From Diadema antillarum (taxonomy: Eukaryota): 64,000 bases of DNA. Made by a program: the position numbers and the translations under genes. Shown here in pieces: positions 59,457 to 64,000 of the stretch. The stretch lies in contig NW_027270918.1 of NCBI RefSeq assembly GCF_040938485.1, positions 4,030,001 through 4,094,000 of the forward strand, in the 5' to 3' direction. Each line of letters opens with the position of its first letter. Position 1 is the first letter of the stretch. Under the pieces are notes generated by a model that worked only from the letters and a program-made list of their open reading frames with translations, had not been told where the DNA came from and did not search any database.

Positions 59457-61761
59457 AAGTGAAAAATATGCTTTCATTCTTTTTTAACCTCTTTTTATGC
59501 GTGATGGTACTTTGTTGATATTTTGCAATACTCTGTTTAGGTTTTTATTTTTATTTTTTTCCTTTTTTCATTCTCTTTGTAGTGATGTACTGTTTAGTAG
59601 GGTCTACCCTACCCAAGTGTGAGTTGCAGTGTTGGGTTTTTGTGTGTGTGGATAAAAAAAAGTTTTTTCCATGAATAGAAAACAAAGTCAAAGTGCCAAA
59701 CCTCATTACAAATGAATGAGATGAACATTGCTGTTTACATTCCACTGCATGAACATTCATGTATTTTAACAGAATAATCTAACAGAGCGATTCAAAATTA
59801 ATTTTAGTTGAAGCACTCGTCTTGATGTCAGTGTCACTGAAAGTCAGATGGACTGCCGAGGAAGAGAGGTAAACAGTAGTACATGACAAAGTCTATATTC
59901 CTGTGAGGATTCATCTTACAATGACCAAGTGCTTTCAATCACTGTCAAATATGGTTGTCCATTTTTTCTCTCTCTGCTGATACTCTTAAAATATGTCAAA
60001 ATATGTTCAAATGGGAAACCCTTTCCTCTTTATTCGAATATTAAAGACCATGTCACATTCCTCTCAGTTATCTTGAATTAATATACCTAGTGTGCAACAA
60101 ACAAAGATTAACGTAAATCTTACAGTATTTGGAAATTGACATTTCGTCATGAGGTGCTAGACCAACAGTGAACGGTGCTTAACATAACACATATTAATGA
60201 GAAGATTGATTATATGCGTAGGATTTACAGAGATTTCTGAGGAACTTATTTCTCAGGAAGTCATTGAGGTTTGTGATATGAACTCCAGCATTGAGCTGTG
60301 TATGTTTTGTATTTGCAATATACGTAAATATTGTATATTCTTTTTTAGATTGTTAGCATTTAATGCTTTCCACCATTTTTTTTCTTTTGCACAAGAGCAA
60401 TCGATATCAATGTAAATATAGTATGATTTTCATTTTCAGTTTGAACACAATGAAGTGTTTGTTGTGATGTTTATGTTTCTCTTTAATGAGATACAATTTT
60501 TATTCCCTCGTCTGTAAAAATGAGGAAGAGCACTGTGCACATCTGAACATACTTTGTATGCCAACATTTGGTGATTAAACGTAGGTATGCCACCTGTATG
60601 TTTACAGGACTCGTCTCATCTCGCAAAGAACACAAACATGAGCACTGACAATGGGCCTTGAGAAATTGGCAGAGTTGTGTAAGATATTTGGTTTGTTTGA
60701 ATTATTGTACAGCTATCGTTCATTTTCACCACAGTGGATGTCTAATGGACATAATATTTCTGAATATAGAGCAACACCACACGACACGAACAAGGCTTTC
60801 CAGTGAATTTGGTAATTACATGGTATGTATAGATTTATCTAATAGTCATAAAATTATATTTTCATCAACATTCCACTGTTTTCCATTTGCACTATAGTAT
60901 TACAAAGAAATAAAACTCCATGATAAAAGAAATGTTTTCTTGCTAATTCAAAAGCTATTAGGTATGGTGATGAGACACATTAAGTAGAATACTGGTGCAT
61001 GTACATTGTTTGAAAAACAAGAAAACACAGTTTGCACACAATTTCACACATTTGAGCTGTTTTGGGGCTGACATGCATTTGCAAAACATTACGTAACTTC
61101 AGAACAGTGTACCCGGACATCGCAAATTTGGTCACACAATATGCAGGAGACCTCAAAGAAAAAATTTGTGAAATGTCGCGGCAAAATCATTGCGCATTGC
61201 GGAATCATCGATCGAAATGTCAAGGGGGGGGGGGTGTCAATTTGACCGTCCAGTTAAAATAGGGTCAATGGATATATTGTAGATCTCATCTTTCAAGGTT
61301 AGGCTCGCCAATTGTAAAGTTTCACAAATATTGCACGTGTAAATGTATGTAAATATATTTGGCACACATGAGGTTTGTTTATTGGTAAATATGGTTTCTT
61401 TGTAAATGATTAAAATCAAAAGTTTCCTAATTGTTTACTTCTTTCAGACATTCCAGACCCTTGAAAAAGCCAAGCTCCTGTGGTTGATGATTTAATAAGT
61501 GTTGTCATCCAACATATTAAGAAATCTATGATGTTTTGTCAGGACTAAATGTATGTGCACGACAATCCCAAAGCCAAGAATGCAATTTATGACACAGGAT
61601 TTATCGTTCGAAGATTTTTTTTTTAAAAAAGTCTATCATTGTGAAAATCACTGTGTTTTCAGAGGTGAAGCCATTTTACTGATCCAAAACTTGAAATTCA
61701 GATGTTCATTCCTTTGCCAGGTTTTTGAATAGCGTCAAACAGAAGACTTTTATGACTTCAG

Positions 61762-62045
61762 GGCCTGAATTCACGAAGGTGGTACAAATGAAACCATGGA
61801 CAAAAACCATGGAGCGCCAAGTGTTGCATGGAATATTTTGTTATGAAATCAGTCATTTCATCGATGAAATGATTATTTTGAAACGAAATGACAACATTCT
61901 GTAACTAAATGAACATATCGTCCACGAAATGATTGTGAACGAAACGTTCATTTTGTCGATGAAATGACTGATTTTGTAACGAAATATTCCGTGCGACACT
62001 TGGCGCTCCATGGTTTCATTTGTACCACCTTCGTGAATTCGGGCC
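61762..62045. mobile_element. Palindromic PIF/Harbinger-like MITE
   Basis: GGCCTGAATTCACGAAGGTGGTACAAATGAAACCATGG...CCATGGTTTCATTTGTACCACCTTCGTGAATTCGGGCC with a 3-bp TSD CAG/CAG. Confidence 0.8.
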
Positions 62046-63564
62046 CAGGTGTTCATACAAAATACATGTACATTTACAACCAGAAAAAGACCATGTATTT
62101 CTAAATCACTTGTTTGTTCTTTGATCTCTTTTTTTTTTTTGGTATCAATCTGTGTGAATTTCACCCTATTTTTGTACCATGACATTCTTAATAAAGTAAT
62201 TCCTCAGGAAATACAGCTGGATCCTATTGTGTGTTGCTTTATAAAGACATAATGAAAGACGTTTTGTGGCAAGTGATTGACAAATCACCCTGCATGGACA
62301 TAATTTGATGCAGGAATTTCGTTACTTTGATGTATATGGAGGAGAGGAAGGAGAGAAGGAAAGGGTGGTTTGTTGTATGTATGCATTCTGTAATCATTAA
62401 GTGCTGAGTGTGTTGTAATTTGAATGTTTGCGAGGGTTTCAATAAGTCTATGACCTAAGGCATGCTGAAACAATAATTTTGTGAATATAAGTGACTCTTG
62501 TTATATAACAAAGTCCTTGGGACTCTCTTTGATTTTTAACAATTTGTTATAGCCAAACAAATAAAGAATATATGGTACACAAGATACATAGATGTTAATT
62601 TTGGGACTGTACTTTTACTTCATTGTAATTAAATTCCATTATAATCATGTTTGTGCTATTAAGAGCATACTCTATTATAATAGATTGTCATCTGGGAACA
62701 TTCTGGTTCCAGTGCTGAGAACTGTAGAAGCACTTGAGCATCCTCAGTAAAAATCAATTGTGATAAAGGGAACATATGTCTTAGTCCTAGGTCCTACTGT
62801 ATATGCTTGTGTGTGTGACTTTAATTTGGGGGTAAAAATGAGGAATACAATTAGATATGTGAACTCAGTTTGTCAGTATGACATAAAGTGGTAAACATAG
62901 CCCTTGGGTCTTTTTGTCTCGAAAACTCTTTGCATTATTTTTGCGTGTTTTGTTGCTTTGTGTGTGTGTGTGTGTGTGTATGTGTTGCTTACATTAGTAG
63001 GGCCTACTATCTCCTTTGTGTAAATTGTTTTTACTTTCATTTTGTAGTGTTTTGCTTTTGTTCAGTTTTTTTTTTGTTTGTTGTTGTGTTGTGTTGTTGT
63101 TGTTGTTTTTTTTTTTTTTCTTTGGGGGGGGGGGGGGATGAGTTAAGGCTGAGGACATTGCTCTCTATGGGATTGATAGGCCTATGCAGTGCAAGGCTAG
63201 ATTCCAAACTTTTTTTTTGGTTTTTGTTTTTGTTTTTGTTTTGTTTGTTTGTTTTTTTACTCAAGCAGCTGCTGAGTGATGGCATAATCCTGGGGAGAGA
63301 GGGAGTCCACAGGGTCCCATTGCTAGAAACTTCAACGCAACTGAAAAAAAAAATCAAACAAAAGAAGTCTGCAAATCGCATACAATGTGACATACATATA
63401 TCACACATGTATTAATCCTACTATCTATTTTTTTTTGAACCCTTCTTTATATTTTGATGCAATTTTTTTTTTTCATTTTGCTATGATTTCATTATGTAGG
63501 CCTACAGTGAAGAAATAACGAACTGATACTGAAAAAAAAAAAAAACCAGTCACTGATAGCATAT

Positions 63565-63926
63565 TTAAAGGTCTTGTTTACCTTTAGGAACAGTGATTAA
63601 AAAACATTCAAAATGTGACATCTAATGCTTATGTGTTGGTCTGTTGTACACCATGTACCACAAAACATCCTATCGTGCATATAAGATTTTTGCGATAAAG
63701 AGATATCTATATTTTTCTCAAACTGTAACTGTAGACGGTTTAGTCTGGAAACATTTTTATTATAACTTTCGATCATATTTTGTATATTTAACAATACTTA
63801 ACATCAATTTTACCAATTCAGATTTTTACAGTGGTTGTTTCTATTCCTAACTCACATTTTAGAACTATTCTATAGCACTAATGCTGGGTTTTTGTTTCAT
63901 CTGCAAAAGGTAAATTATGCCTTTAA
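63565..63926. mobile_element. Kolobok-like non-autonomous element
   Basis: TTAA|AGGTCTTGTTTACC...GCACTAATGCTGGGTTTTTGTTTCATCTGCAAAAGGTAAATTATGCCT|TTAA, the reverse complement of the 4757 left end. Confidence 0.65.
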
Positions 63927-64000
63927 GCACATTGATATTTTATGAATAATATGAAACAAGGAAAAATTAAGGCAAATTGAAAGCTCAGGCAACATAAATT

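Noticed and set aside
1-64000. CRISPR arrays, rRNA genes, prokaryotic operons or viral genes
   Set aside because: None seen. The DNA is eukaryotic with spliceosomal introns, and the repeats have no repeat-spacer periodicity.

Overview
AT-rich animal genomic DNA with spliceosomal introns, microsatellites and four short N gaps. It is most likely a marine invertebrate deuterostome such as a sea urchin, which is an inference. Five protein-coding genes are supported. (1) A single-coding-exon orphan class A GPCR (+, 24317-25693). (2) A spliced gene for a two-C2H2 plus MULE/FAR1-type DNA-binding protein with no transposase catalytic core (-, 35511-35479 joined to 34359-33235). (3) Six-exon glyoxalase I, GLO1 (+, 43053-48495). 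(4) SDHAF1 (-, 54111-53821). (5) TMEM187 (+, 58626-59456), head-to-head with SDHAF1. Repeats include a 5'-truncated, frameshifted CR1/L2-group LINE and many non-autonomous DNA elements (piggyBac-, Kolobok-, Harbinger-, Tc1/mariner- and hAT-like), two of them nested. The strongest unexplained object is a 2.8-kb LTR retroelement (-, 55209-58008). It has apparently identical 471-bp LTRs, a target-site duplication (TSD), a tRNA-Trp primer-binding site (PBS) and a polypurine tract (PPT). It has no recognisable gag/pol; instead it carries a CpG-dense internal region with a long Thr/Arg/Ser-rich reading frame, and its 3' terminus is not the canonical CA. It sits about 0.4 kb from the SDHAF1/TMEM187 promoter. 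All alignments and counts were done by eye.
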